A DNA stretch of 64,000 nt from Leptogorgia sarmentosa (Eukaryota): positions 24,862,001-24,926,000 of the forward strand of contig OZ210885.1 of the NCBI GenBank assembly GCA_964658305.1. Reading direction: 5' to 3'. Each line of letters begins with the position of its first letter. The first letter of the stretch is position 1. A program made the translations under genes and the position numbers. The notes below the pieces were generated by a model that saw only the letters and a program-made list of their open reading frames with translations, had not been told where the DNA came from and did not search any database. Positions 38,410 through 51,053 of this stretch are shown here, piece after piece.

Positions 38410-41400
38410 TGAAGTAAATGATACTTATGAGGAGGAAGAAGCTGCTAAAGCATGGAAACATCGAAATGCTCAATTCATTCTGAAAACAAAAGAAACTAAC
38501 CTTTTAACACAGAAATGTGTAAATAATATTGTTGATGATGCAACAGAGCTTGTCCGAGGAACAGTTCAGACTATTAAATCTGGTTTGCATGATTGCTTGG
38601 AAAATGCTGGCATAAATTTTGATGCAATTCCTGGGTTGAGTGACCTATTTGCTGAGGAAAATCCCATATCCAACCCAATTCAACATGTTTCCACAAAGTA
38701 TAAACAGAATGCTTACTTTAAAGAACACTTTGGATTAGTTGTAAGTGCTTTTTTTGCCTCCCTCACCCAGGTGTGGTAATTTATAGCTCGGTCAAGATTG
38801 ACAAATTTTTAATGTTTGCTTTCATCTAGGAACCTAGACGAATCACAGTTGGACACAGTTCAGTAAAGAGAAGATCTGGCACCAAATATAAACAGCAGTT
38901 AAAAGATGATGAAATTGTGTATATTCCAGTTCTTAAATCATTGGAACAAATGCTCAATATCGATTCAGTGCTTCAAGAGGTAATAAAGTTAATAGTAGGT
39001 CATGGCTGTTGAATATTATAATTCAAATAATATTATATAATAATAATAACTTTGTAATTGCACAGATCCAGAATAGCCATAAGCGTCAGCATAAAGATGA
39101 TGGTTTAATTGAAGATATTTGTGATGGACATCTATTCAAGACCCATCCATTATTTTCCAAGGACCCAAATGCACTTCAGTTATTACTTTATTATGATGAG
39201 CTGGAAATTGCAAATGCACTTGGAAGCAAGGCAGGAAAGCACAAATTAGGTAAATTTATTTGATGTAGGAAAAGGTTCATGGATGTTACAATGTTAGACT
39301 GCCAGTTATTATTTCTAGTTGAAAACTTCAAATGTTTTCTTTTTATTAGGTGTTGTTTACTACACACTTGGGAACATTAATCCCAAGCTTCGTTCACAGT
39401 GTGATGCCATTCAGTTGTTGCTGATCGCAACAACACCTGTCATAAAGAAATATGGCATTGATGTTCTTTTGGACCCATTTATGGATGACCTTAAGTATCT
39501 TGAACAAGTATGTTTTTCATTATCCATAAAGCAGTGCTTTAATTTGTCAACTACATTGCAATCATACAAATATCTTTTATTATCATAGGATGGTGGTTAC
39601 CAATTTATAGTCAAGGGGGAATCCTTATCACTTGCTGGAACAATAGTTCTAGTTTCTGGAGACAACCTTGGCTCCCAACTTATTGGTGGTTTCAAAGAAG
39701 GGCCAGGTGCACATCTGAAGTGTCGGCATTGCATGGGGAATGCCGAGGAAATTAAGTGCAAGGTATTTAAATTATAATTATATGTTCATTTCTCTTCCAT
39801 TAGTAATACTAGCTGGTACGGAGGTTAATAATGTTTGGGTAAAACATAACATAACACAGATGTTTTCAGATAATGAAAATTAAAATGCCAAACTGTTGTA
39901 CTATCCAACCAATATTTTATTTTAGTTTCTAGAAAAGTATTTTACTCTCCGCACACGTGCTGGCCATGAACGTCAATGTGAGTTAATTGACCAGAATAGC
40001 GAGTTGAGTAAAATATATGGAGTTTGTAGACGCTCAATTCTTTGCAACTCACAGTATTATCATGTGGTGGATGGCTTACCCGGCGATGCGATGCATGATA
40101 TACTTGAAGGAGTTCTCCAGTATGTGTGTAAAGAAATGTTGAAAGAATTTATCTTCAAGGATAAATACCTCACCATCGATCAGTTAAATGAAAGAATAGG
40201 CTGTTTTGATTATGGCTACTTTAATGACAGGAATAAGCCATCACCAATCGCACGCCAAACCCTAAAGAGTGACACTAATAGTCTTAAACAGAAAGGTGTG
40301 TACCATTTGAGCTGTTAGATAAATGTTACTTATTTTATCCCCTGATTTAATCCTCTTTTTGACTTTTGTTTTACCAATTAGCTAGACAAATGTGGTGCCT
40401 GGCAAAGTTCCTTCCCTTAGTAATTGGTGGTGCAATCCCAAATGAGGATGAGAAATGGCAACATTTTTTGCTGCTGCTCAAAATCATAGATATTGTGTTT
40501 GCACCTGTTACAAGTGTAGATGAACTGGCAATTCTAGAAGGTTACATTGAGGACTTTCTGTGGCAATTTACCTGCATCTACCCAGGAAGATCAATAATTC
40601 CCAAGATGCACTACATAGTTCATTACCCGGCACATATCCACAGGTACAATTTTATTTTTTTATTCTAACATTGTTTGCTCTACACTTCACTAGACATCCA
40701 CCAAGTTTCCTGTAACCATTTTCATTTAATTGTTAATTACTTATCAAGGTTTGGTCCTATGGTGCGCAGTTGGTGCATGCGCTACGAAGCAAAACATGGC
40801 TATTTTAAAAGATTAGCTATGTTTATGGGAAATTACACTAATGTTGCAGTTAGTTTGGGAGAGCGACATCAAACACGCAGTTGTTACCTGATGAGTACAC
40901 AAGCTGATAGGCCTAGAGATGACCATCTAGTAAAGAAACCTAAAATTGGTAATTTACAAAATTCTGTTATAAGTGATATACTGTTGAACTGATCACATGA
41001 TCTTTGATGAGGCAATCTCACTAAAAATTAATGACTTTACATTCTCCCTGTAATGTTTCAGAGTCTGCAAAACAAGTTGTTGCTGGTGACTGCGAACACT
41101 TTGCACTGTTAAAAGAAAAGGAGCCAATGCTTGCTGAAACTGATGTCTTGTGCCAGTAAGGTTTTCCCTGCTATTAGTCAGCTAATGGTCTGTTTATGCA
41201 GTGCTTGGCAACTGTACTCAATGTCAAACATCATGTACATTTTTATATTATTCATTGCTAGATCTTTTTTCTTTCAGTCCATCCACTGTATTCCTTCATG
41301 GAACAAAATACAGAGTTGGTGCCGTGTTGTATGTTGGGCAAAGAGATGATCTACCTGAGTTTTCATCAATTCAAGGCATTTTTGTATTTAATACAGTCAG

Positions 41401-42949
41401 CAAGATTTATTTCATTGTGAAAAGTTTAAAAACTATCATGTTTTCAAACCATTTCCACTCCTATGAAATACAAACACCTTCACTTTCAGCTGATGCTTTC
41501 ATATTGGAGCCAGAGCAGTTAAAAGTCTACCTTCCAATGCATGTAGTGAAACCATCAAGATGTGAAAACAGTCCACTATATGTTTCACCAAGTTATCTTC
41601 CCCCACAAAGAATGTAGATAGTTTCATACATGAATATATAAGTTTTAAACATGAATAACTACATAATATATGAATGTTAATGTTTTAATATAATTTACAA
41701 ACAAATAATTATTTCATCATTTTTTCGTATTTCTATCAGGAAATAGTTTATACCGTATCAATGGCCAAATCAGCCCATTAGATCGATTCGGTTCAGATCT
41801 TGTCAGTTTTGGTATTTCATGATTTTCATCTCCTTCTAAATCTTTAGTAACAGTAGTTGATGTCAAGTCCCTTTCATCTTCTGATGCTGGTAAGGTATCA
41901 TGACTATCATCAGTTTCATTTCCTGATCTCTTTCTTTTCTTTTTCTTTTCTTTCTTGGTCTTTCGTTTCCGCTTAGTGCCTTTTTTTTACCGTCTTGAAT
42001 TTCGTTTGCTAAAATACCATGTTTACTTCATTTTATTATTAATTTCTAAATGATGATGTTATCACTAAAGAAGGCAAGTTTCAAATCTTATATCTATGTC
42101 CTTGTCTTCATCGTCATGAATAATGTATGTTTTACTCTGTATACTTAAAGTATATGCACATAATTATATATTTTTTTATATAAAATTCGAATTCATTAGA
42201 AATACTGCATGGGCCATAAATACAATATGCGTGCTATTATACTTACACTTTTCTTCGCATGGTAAATCTGCTTTCTTTTTTGTCGCCTTTATTAATAAAA
42301 AAGCCTAAACATTTAATAATTCATCTAAAAGGCGAAATGCAATTTGAATTCAGATTTTATAAATGTTTAAATATGCACACCTGATCATCCACACTTGCGG
42401 CTGTTCACAGGAAAGCTCCGGCTTCTGATTGGTTATAATATTATTAATAGTAACACGGAAGTAACGCAACGGAAGTCAATCAACAAACAGTTGTTTACCA
42501 CTTTTTGGTTTATAATTATATTTGATTTGGTCATACGATTACGAAATGAAATATTAAAGGTATTTTTATATTTACAGTACTAAATCTTATTTACAACTTC
42601 GGTGCTTTCTTGCAAATGTTACATGTCCATTGTGTACTGTCGGTGACTTCATCCACTTCGGCACAATTCCTATGGGTCATAAATAATAAAGGTAAATAAT
42701 TAATATCTATATCGAAGGTATTTAGACATAATTAAAGAGCTATTTGCGTTTTCATTTGTGGCATTCTTCACCTGGACAAAAACCTATTACACATAGCACA
42801 AGGGATATTACAGAGAAGAAATTTAAAGTGCCTATGCAACGAAATTTTGTCTGTTTTTATTGTATTTCAATGATTACCACTCTCTGGTAATTTTTTTAAA
42901 CTTCCAACATTCATGTATTAAACAGAGTTAACAGACCTTTGGCACAAAT

Positions 42950-43930
42950 GCACTGCCACTATCTTAAGCATCAAACTGAGATCATTTTCATCACAGCTTT
43001 CTCAATTTAATATTCCTGTGAGGTCAGAGAAGTTCTTAACTTTGCAAATTCTATCCTTAACTAAGAAATTTTCAGACAGGTAAAAAAACTTCATGGCATC
43101 ATGGGTACTGGACTTTCTCTAGCCTTGATAGAGAGCCCCTTTGTTTGTGAGGGTATGACTTACCAGTCAAACCATTTACCACACTGATCACACTCTATCA
43201 TATTTATGTAGCTGGACATCTTGCATTTGTAGCACTGCCAATCTTTCTTCAGTTCATTTACTATATCAGGAAAATACCAATCACAGTTCAACTGATCTAC
43301 CAGACTCTTGTGCGACACATAAATTTTTGTTAAACTTACATAGATTTTCCAGTTTAGTCCAGGCTTGCTCATTAAAGTACTCCTTGACATCCTCCAAATT
43401 TAAATCAATTACTGCAGGTGGAAGTGCAGTTTTTATGTCATTTGGCCCTGCTTTGCTGGTTTTTGAAATTTTAGATACCGCACCTTTACATATTAGAGTA
43501 GTCAGCTTTTTTGTTGGTTTGACTAAAACAATTTAAAAGTGAGAAGATTTTAATGAAGTGGTAAACTTGGATTACATATTTTTTAGAAATTAAATTATAA
43601 ATGTTAGTAAGCACCTCACCTGTTCTTGTAGCATCTGACTTAGAAGGTTGAATTGGATTCCCTGGAGATGCTTTGGTATGTGACACAACAAATAACTGTT
43701 TTTTTTCATCTTGTGTCGGTTTAGCATATCGTACCTTTTGTTTTCGCTTTCGTTTTTTTGTAGTAGAGTAGAATTTTCTTTGAACATCAATTTTTTTATT
43801 TGCTGGAGCATTTGTTACTGTTTTAAGTTTATTGAGTGACTTGTTTTCACTCAAAGAAATGAAGAGGTTCTCTGCCGAATTCAAACTCTTGTCCAGTTGT
43901 TTAAGAGCAGTTTGGTCGCGTTCCGCCATG
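42950..43930 (-). pseudogene. Truncated gene fragments with a PHD-like finger, probably the C-terminus of a MULE-type transposase
   Basis: WQCYKCKMSSYINMIECDQCGKWFDW and PANKKIDVQRKFYSTTKKRKR; frameshifted; 5' part replaced by a repeat. Confidence 0.45.
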
Positions 43931-43973
43931 ATTGTACCGATGAGACTAGTGCCAGTCTCCGCCGAATATTACT

Positions 43974-44436
43974 TGTTATATAGTTGGTGTCAAAGTTCAA
44001 TTTTCCTGTTTGCTGATTCGACAAAACCGTATCACGTGCCGGTCCACAAAACGTCATGTTCGCCAACCGGTCAAAAATCAAAAAATTATTGACCGGGCAA
44101 CAATTAAATGGGCATAATGCGCATGCGCGTCAACCGTGAAGTCCAAAGTTCATTCAATCGTACGATGTTTTTTAAATTTATCGAACATTTACGACGTAAG
44201 GCGTCCTATTTAATGTCTGTTTTTTTATTTCAAAGTTCGCTCCAGTATTAAACCGGTGAATTCATTCATATTTTGACACTAAACTATATAACAAAACACT
44301 TATTTACTGAAACCTCGAGAAATATTGTGTTTTGTGGCCCCTCGACCGCCATTGTTGCCCTCGGCTTCGCCTCGGGTAACAACGGCGGTCTCGGGGCCAC
44401 AAAACACAATGTTTCCCTCGGTCTCAGTGATAAATA
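43974..44436. repeat. Copy of the CGAG/GCGAAGC hairpin repeat family
   Basis: Near-identical to 54261-54725; hairpin at 44297-44436. Confidence 0.85.
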
Positions 44437-45295
44437 TTTGACCAATTTTGAATTGGTTGGAGTTAGTTACCAATAGCTTATTGGTAAAAGTGACCAATAT
44501 TTAATTGGTCATATTTATTAACCAATTGTAAATTGGTTTAAATGACCAATTGACATTGGTTGCAACCTAAAAAATTGGTCATTTTAACCAATCTGTTTTT
44601 ACTGTGTATACAAGGGCCTGTTGGACATTCCAAGGGAGCATACAGCCAAGCATGCCTGGATTGCATCCATCCGTGATGAAATTGTGTGATTGATCAATGC
44701 ATATTCTGGGTATATGTTGGAAATAACAAATATACCATTACTGTGCAAATGCATAGTTTAAACTTTAAGGGGCTATAGGCTATATCAAGGTGTTTTCAGT
44801 AAATTCTCTCCTGAATTGCAAGTTTCAAATTCAAAAACAATAAATAGACTAAATCTAAAATAATACACATGCGTCGTTTCAAACCCCATTACAACAAAAT
44901 TCCTGCAACTTGAACAAAACATGGCATATTGTGCAAAGATTCCACGTGACACGTGTCAGAGTTGCTCAAAATATTAACCTGATACTGCCTCCCCCGGCAT
45001 AGTTCAATAGAGAGTTTGGCAACGCGACGGGAGGTAGCGACGGCGACGCAAATTTTTTTCCCGTAGACAGTCGGACCCCTCCGAGATGGTCGTACCCCTC
45101 CTTAGCTTGTGCCCAAAATCATATCGGACAGCGGATACCGAATAACTTACAAATTAAAATTATTACAGAATAATTATTATAAATGTTTGCTCATTTCCTG
45201 GTGCGGTTATTCATAGAACATGGCAGCGAACAAGGAAAACATATCGGGAGTTTTTAATCAGAATTTGAATCAGAATAGGGCTGATTATTCGTTAA

Positions 45296-46301
45296 AGGTG
45301 GGTTACAGTCCCTTCTGCGCATGTGCGCTGAGTTTGTTATGAGTAGGCTACTCATGTTACAATCATAACAAGTTCCCAGTCCTACAGAGCAATAACAACA
45401 CGCGCGGTCGCCTAAATGTTTTCACTGTCGTGGGCTGCAAGGAGCGATGGCTGATCCAGGCGCGTCAAGTTCCGTAGAAAAACCCTTCAAATACTAAGCG
45501 CAAGAAAAGAGACGCATCTAAGATATTTTTATTCGATGCTTTCGAGAGGTGGAGAGCGTTCAAACAAGAACGCAACTTGAAGACTGACCAGAATGTGGCA
45601 GATTTTCTGCTCGATAATTACGCACGGAGAAACACGTTATGGTGAGTGTGTTGATAATATAACTAAACCTTTGACCTTTTATGATGATTTTACGCTTTAA
45701 TATACTTCCCTTTACATATTTTATATGTATTCGGTGTGGAATCCAGTCGTTTCGCCCCCAAGTCGATTCGCCCCAAGTCATTACATGTCAATTTGTATTT
45801 GTAAGAATACCCCAAAACTTATTCAATATTTCAATATTCGTTAAAGCTTTTTAGCAAAATATATGAATTGCAAATAGGGGTTGATTATTCTTGTGAAGAC
45901 AAAGACCAAAAGCGTAAAATCATCATAAAAGGTCGAAGGTTTAGTTATATTATCAACACACTCACCATAACGTGTTTCTCCGTGCGTATTATCGAACAGA
46001 AAATCTGCCACATTCTGGTCAGTCTTCAGGTTGCGTTCTTGTTTGAACGCTCTCCACCTCTCGAAAGATGCGTCTCTTTTCTTGTCATATACATTTCTAG
46101 CGTCAGATATGCAACGACGCTTAGTATTTGAAGGGTTTTTTGCGGAACTTGACGCGCCTGAATCAGCCATCGCTCCTTGCAGCCCACGGCCGCGCGTGTT
46201 GTTATTACTCTGTAGAACTGGGAACTTGTTATGATTGTAACATGAGTAGCCTACTCATAACAAACTCAGCGCACATGCGCAGAAGGGACTGTAACCCACC
46301 T
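45296..46301. mobile_element. Kolobok-like non-autonomous foldback element
   Basis: TTAA-AGGTGGGTTACAGTCCC...GGGACTGTAACCCACCT-TTAA; ~400-bp imperfect inverted arms. Confidence 0.8.
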
Positions 46302-46389
46302 TTAAGCTTTCAACTTGCTAAAACAAGTAACACAACAATTAGTCACAACAAAAATATACTGTTTGCTCTGTTTTTTTTGCGGGCATGTA

Positions 46390-48309
46390 TTAGTCATCTC
46401 GCTTGTTATATCTTAGCATGACTGAGACCTCAACAGTTTCTTCCAGCGCAGCATCTTGCTGTTTGTTGAATGAATTCTGAAGCAAACTGAACACCCGCTC
46501 AGCTGAAGCAGAACTAGGTTGGACTAATAAGATCTTCTTAACTGCTGTTGACCAGCTAGGAAGAACCTTCTCATGAACAGACCACCACTTCACTTTCCCT
46601 TCCTCCGTTTCAATCTCCACACCTTCTGCAATGGCCAGATACTTCGGAAGTTCGTCGACAAGCTGGGCAATTGCAGCATCAGTAAAAAATCCAAATTGCT
46701 TTAGTTCCTGAACCGAAGCTACATCTGGGTGCAGTTCTTGCACTTTCATTGGACAGCATAATCGAGCAGCTTTGAATGCACGGACTGTGGCATGAAATTC
46801 CCTGCTGAACTTTTGTTGGTAGAATCTAAATCCTGGGGTAATGCAAGCCTTTGCTTGTGCAATTAGTTGATTGTATAATGGCACATTTCCAGCAGCATAC
46901 TGTCGAGCTTTTGCTTCAGTGTTTGGATAAGAATCGATGGCTATTGCATGAGCCAAAGCTGCCAAATGCTCATAGCAACTAAACACTAAAGGCCCATCCC
47001 CTTCAAGGTAGTATGTCGCTGAAACAAAGTGCTTCCCAGCATCAATAATTGCTGCAAGTTCAAGTTCTAAGTCACGAACACTGACTGGGTCTTCAAACAA
47101 TTCTAATAGCCTCGTTCGACATGCGGGAGAAACATCATTTTCTCTTAGAAAAGGCTCCACATCTCCAAAATACTCCACTACCTGATTGAGTACTTCCCAA
47201 AGACTCCACCATCGAGTATTCGACTTACGGAGCATTGCTGTGCCTGTTCTAGTCTTCCATAGTAACCTGGCAGCTGGACTAAGAGAAAACATTGTGTTCC
47301 AGTACCTTGAAAATGTCTCTAGAACTGTAAATTGAAAGTGTTCACCAACGTTATCAATTGTGTGAGAGAAACATGTCACATCAAAAATGTTGGGGAAGTA
47401 AAAATTAACTTGACGCAACCCGGCCCCGTTAACCGCTGCACCATCTCTCATTGCTGCCAGAAGTTGATTCGGTTTAATTGCATACTCAACAGCCAGACAT
47501 TGGATTAAGCGCTGTGCAAGTTGTTCTGCATTAAGGCTCTTTGATAGAACTTCTAATGTAACAAGTCTTTGCTTGATTTTCCATTGGTCAATAAAACGCA
47601 CGACAATAGCCAACGCTTCCCCTAGCCTAGTGCTGCCATCAAAAATTACAGAAAAATTATCATTTGCAGCAATTTCAGCTTTAACACTGTCTTTCTCTTT
47701 CTTAAGAATCAAAGGAATAAATTCAGCCAAATGTGAGCGGGATGTCAATCGATGCCCATGTTTTTCGAGAAATGGTCTCATCACGTCAGCTTTTGAAAGT
47801 GGAATTCCCGCCTTTAGAAGAGTTTCCACAAGCTCATATCGATAGAGTCTCATATCTTCGGGTAATGTAGATCCTTTTGCTCTACTGTTTCTTGCCATGA
47901 GATCAACGATGCTCTGATCTTTCATTTTGCTTTTCCTCATGATATCCTTTGATTTGATATGCTTTTGCGATTTAATGTGCTTCTGCACAGAGCTCTTCTT
48001 TTTAGAAATCGTTTCTTTGCATGCATCACATCCTAGCTTACCCGATTCCACGGTGAGATAGTCGTCTTTAAACTCCTTCAGTCGCTCCCAAGCAGACACA
48101 TTTGGACCGACAGTGCCACGGACATTTTTCTTTCCAGTGGGGTTGGTTTGTACTTTTCTTTTACGGGAAATGTCAGCCTTATCTGGTGTACTCAGTCTGG
48201 CACCCGCTGCAGCTGCTGTCTCTAAAGGATTTTCTTCGGTTGACTGATTTTCTTCTGGATTTTCCTCAGAGTCACTGCTCGAGCTTGGTAAAGTGTCATT
48301 GTCCGCCAT
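46390..48309 (-). CDS. hAT-family transposase, intronless, ~639 aa
   Basis: Zinc finger CDACK...HIKSQKH, VIFDGST, MRDGAAVN, CFSHTID, SNTRWWS, and dimerisation motif QPSSASAERVFSLL. Likely ATG at 48309. One candidate terminus (TAAGGCTGTCCACAAG on the minus strand, ~48704) with AAGTTGC subterminal repeats; the other end was not found. Confidence 0.9.
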   Translation of the reverse strand: MADNDTLPSSSSDSEENPEENQSTEENPLETAAAAGARLSTPDKADISRKRKVQTNPTGKKNVRGTVGPNVSAWERLKEFKDDYLTVESGKLGCDACKETISKKKSSVQKHIKSQKHIKSKDIMRKSKMKDQSIVDLMARNSRAKGSTLPEDMRLYRYELVETLLKAGIPLSKADVMRPFLEKHGHRLTSRSHLAEFIPLILKKEKDSVKAEIAANDNFSVIFDGSTRLGEALAIVVRFIDQWKIKQRLVTLEVLSKSLNAEQLAQRLIQCLAVEYAIKPNQLLAAMRDGAAVNGAGLRQVNFYFPNIFDVTCFSHTIDNVGEHFQFTVLETFSRYWNTMFSLSPAARLLWKTRTGTAMLRKSNTRWWSLWEVLNQVVEYFGDVEPFLRENDVSPACRTRLLELFEDPVSVRDLELELAAIIDAGKHFVSATYYLEGDGPLVFSCYEHLAALAHAIAIDSYPNTEAKARQYAAGNVPLYNQLIAQAKACITPGFRFYQQKFSREFHATVRAFKAARLCCPMKVQELHPDVASVQELKQFGFFTDAAIAQLVDELPKYLAIAEGVEIETEEGKVKWWSVHEKVLPSWSTAVKKILLVQPSSASAERVFSLLQNSFNKQQDAALEETVEVSVMLRYNKRDD

Positions 48310-49103
48310 TGTATTATTTGGTAAGTACTTCGTCTTGCAAGGTTGAATTGGATCCAGGGTAAGATGGGGAAATAAGGGTTGGTTAGGGTTAGGTTGTGTT
48401 ATGGTTGGATCCACTATATGCTTGCAAGATGAAGTAAAACATGCCTACCATTATTTTTTGGATTTTGATCGTGGCAGTTTAAACTTTAAAATATTTATTA
48501 TGCAAAAATACCAAAAGGGGAAAAGAAAATTGAACCTGTAAACAGTAAACTTGTGTTTTCAGCTGGTTTTTTTCATTATGTACTAGATTATTGCCTCAAA
48601 ATAAAAGAAGTTGCTCGAAAGAAAAAAGTTGCCTGAAATTTGAAAAGTTGCCTGAAATCGTAGAAGTTGCTCCAAAGTTGCTGAGCATCTTGTGGACAGC
48701 CTTAGGTATTATATAATAGTTAAATGTTTTAGTGTGACGTAATTGCAAGACTCCGGAGAGTGACGAAATGACAGGCTTGAATACTAATGATCCAGGGGGA
48801 GAATACCCTCCAGAAAATCGGGGACGCAATCGCGAGTGTCCTTGGTCGTTTAAAACTGAATAATAATGAGTTGCTAGTAGTTTTAGCGGTTGGCCGAGCG
48901 GGAGACTGCTGTCTACAACACGATTAAAAAAAAAAAAAAAATAATAAAAAAAATGCCGAATTTAAAGCTTGCTATGCTACGCATCGCAAGCAATAAATAA
49001 ATATCACAATATAATCATCCAACGCTCATCCACTACCATCCCTCACAACAATCATTACACACGTATATCAACCACCTTCCTCCATCATCATGTCTGTTTC
49101 CAC

Positions 49104-49857
49104 CAGTGAATAAAACTGGAACGCTAGCTTCAGGTAAACATGCCCATGCATGCCTGAAGCCAAGATGGCGGAAATTGAAGCCTCTCTTGTAGGTATAAAA
49201 CACGCGTGTTTTTTGCGTGGGGTAGTCACGAAGGGTGAAAGCATGGCGACGAAACGCCGACGATGTTGTGGAAACTCGTTGTTCAAATGCGGAAATTTTG
49301 TAGTTTTTGTTTGAATTATGCAGGATTTTTACGCTATTTCTAAATAATTTTCAAAGTACTGGAGGGAATCAATTTTTGAACATAAATAGTATGAAATATA
49401 TAAGCTACTTAAAACGTAATTAACTTAAAAACAGTAAATGGAAGGCTTGTGCAAGTAGAGCTCTTGTTGTTCGTGTTGTGACTTGTGAGTGATGACTTAA
49501 TTACCTCAGACAATGACAAAATATTTGTTTTTGTTTTTTATACGGCATATAAACGTCTGTTTACAAAGTTTTCTCGAACAATGTCATACAAAAATAATTT
49601 TGCTGCTCCGTTAAGTGTTTCTAAAAGTTGTTCATGCAGAATACCTGCTCTATTCTGTGTTATTATTATCTAAAAAGGTCTGTAAATTGAGTGTTAAGAC
49701 GAGACTTTTTTTACATATTCATAATTGCCGCCATATTGCCTACGGATAATCCGCGCAGGGGCCTGGATCATACCCACAAGACGAGCTTCAATTTCCGCCA
49801 TATTGGCTTCAAAATTTCCCGCCCTGCTAGCGTTCCAGTTTTATTTTGAGTTCACTG
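49104..49857. mobile_element. Second, inverted and internally shortened copy of the 13426-14283 hAT-like MITE
   Basis: Near-identical sequence in reverse orientation; left TIR has a small deletion; no matching TSD. Confidence 0.85.
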
Positions 49858-50585
49858 CTCTTGACCCATCCAATAGCATCAACCATTTACCTCTTTCCCA
49901 ACTCTATCTCGGCGTTGAAGTGTCGAAGCTTCTTGTACTACAGGAGTACACAGCGTTAAATAAAGATGACTTACAGCATTTTTTCCAACGGTGCCAACAT
50001 TTTTATGTCGAGCTTTGCTGCCAGCTTAAGAAGCGATTGCCTTTGGATAACGATGTTCTGAAGCAGTTGAAATTCCTCGATCCACAGACGGTTGTAAATG
50101 GTTCACTTCCAAGTATTGCCGGCATTGCCTCGCGTTTTCCAAATGTCATCTCACCAGAAAATCTTCAAAGTTTAGATCAAGAGTGGAGGGAGTTTACTTA
50201 CGATGACGAAATTTCCGATCTTGTCGATAGATGCGCTGCTGCTCCTACAGAAGCGTTTTGGGCGGAGGTTTCTCGTCTACATTCGAAAAAGTATCAGCAT
50301 TTATTGGAATTTGCTCAAGTGATGTTTACGATTCCAATCAGTAACGCTGATAGCGAGCGTGTCTTTTCACAAGTAAACTTGATTAAATATAAAACCGTTC
50401 ACAGGAACAGATTTTCTATCGAAGGTGTTGCTTCAATTATATTTGTAAAAGAAGGTGTTAAAGATGCAGCAGATTCATGTGCTCATTTCCAACCAACCAA
50501 GGAAATGATTCAAAAGTGCAATAAAGAAATGTATCATAATGTTGAAGCGGTGTACGGGACTGAAGAAGGGTCTGATACAGACTAA
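49858..50585 (+). pseudogene. 3' fragment of a second hAT transposase
   Basis: FLDP...EAFWAEV...TIPISNADSERVFSQVNLIK...RNR dimerisation domain; hAT-like end CTGGTCACACTG at 51342-51353; 5' part missing. Confidence 0.8.
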
Positions 50586-50622
50586 CACATTAAAAACAAA
50601 GTGTAACGAATACACAGCAATA

Positions 50623-51053
50623 CAGGGTGTCTGAAAAAAAAGGTAATCGAACTTTGGCATGCCATTGTGCGTTAATTACTGGGTGTATGAACGTAATTTT
50701 TGCATGGTCATAAAGATCCAGTTCTTAGCAGTTGAATGACATGTTTTTTGTGTCATTATGAGCAAAGCAGAACAAATATGAGAGCGATTAAAATTGACGG
50801 TCGAAATTGCATATTTTCACCTCTGTGCCTAAATTAAAGCAGTGCATTGTGCATAACAAACGAAAAATGCAATTAATCACGAATGTGTCATGGTAACAGA
50901 GATTTTATCAGGATTATTAATAATTATGCATAATCAGGTCGTTTGTTGAAGGGAAGGTCGTCATCTTCGAGTCCCAGAGGGAGTTAATTTTGAATAAGTT
51001 TAGCGCTCAATGGCATGTCAAAGTTGGATTACCTTTTTTTTTGAGACACCCTG
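50623..51053. mobile_element. Tc1/mariner-type MITE
   Basis: TA-CAGGGTGTCTGAAAAAAAAGGTAATC...GATTACCTTTTTTTTTGAGACACCCTG. Confidence 0.75.

Larger units (their letters stand above)
33067..41617 (+). pseudogene. EnSpm/CACTA transposase with N-terminal C2H2 fingers, ~11 exons, interrupted by Copia
   Basis: Exons approximately 33067-33213, 33556-33703 + 38415-38740, 38830-38979, 39066-39249, 39350-39507, 39589-39762, 39926-40294, 40382-40643, 40749-40948, 41062-41155, 41278-41617. Motifs LYYDELEIANALGSKAGKHKLG, SGDNLGS, DAMHDILEGV, PKMHYIVHYP, WCMRYEAKH. Removing Copia restores the frame (LYE-VND). Confidence 0.88.
24757..44606 (+). mobile_element. EnSpm/CACTA DNA transposon (~19.9 kb including nested insertions)
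   Basis: Termini CACTGTAAAAACAGATTGGTT and AACCAATCTGTTTTTACTGTG with TA on both flanks. Dense ACCAAT/ATTGGT subterminal repeats at 24770-24992 and 44440-44592. Encodes an EnSpm transposase and a SAM protein head to head. Confidence 0.88.

Noticed and set aside
24700..44710. Host exon split by the EnSpm insertion
   Set aside because: The rejoined flanks have stops in all three plus-strand frames and no recognisable motif.
48310..48414. N-terminal extension of the 674-aa hAT ORF
   Set aside because: Non-ATG start in low-complexity upstream sequence; the ATG at 48309 is the more plausible start.
49725..50585. 286-aa ORF as a genuine gene
   Set aside because: Chimeric: the first ~44 codons are MITE sequence read into a truncated hAT transposase.
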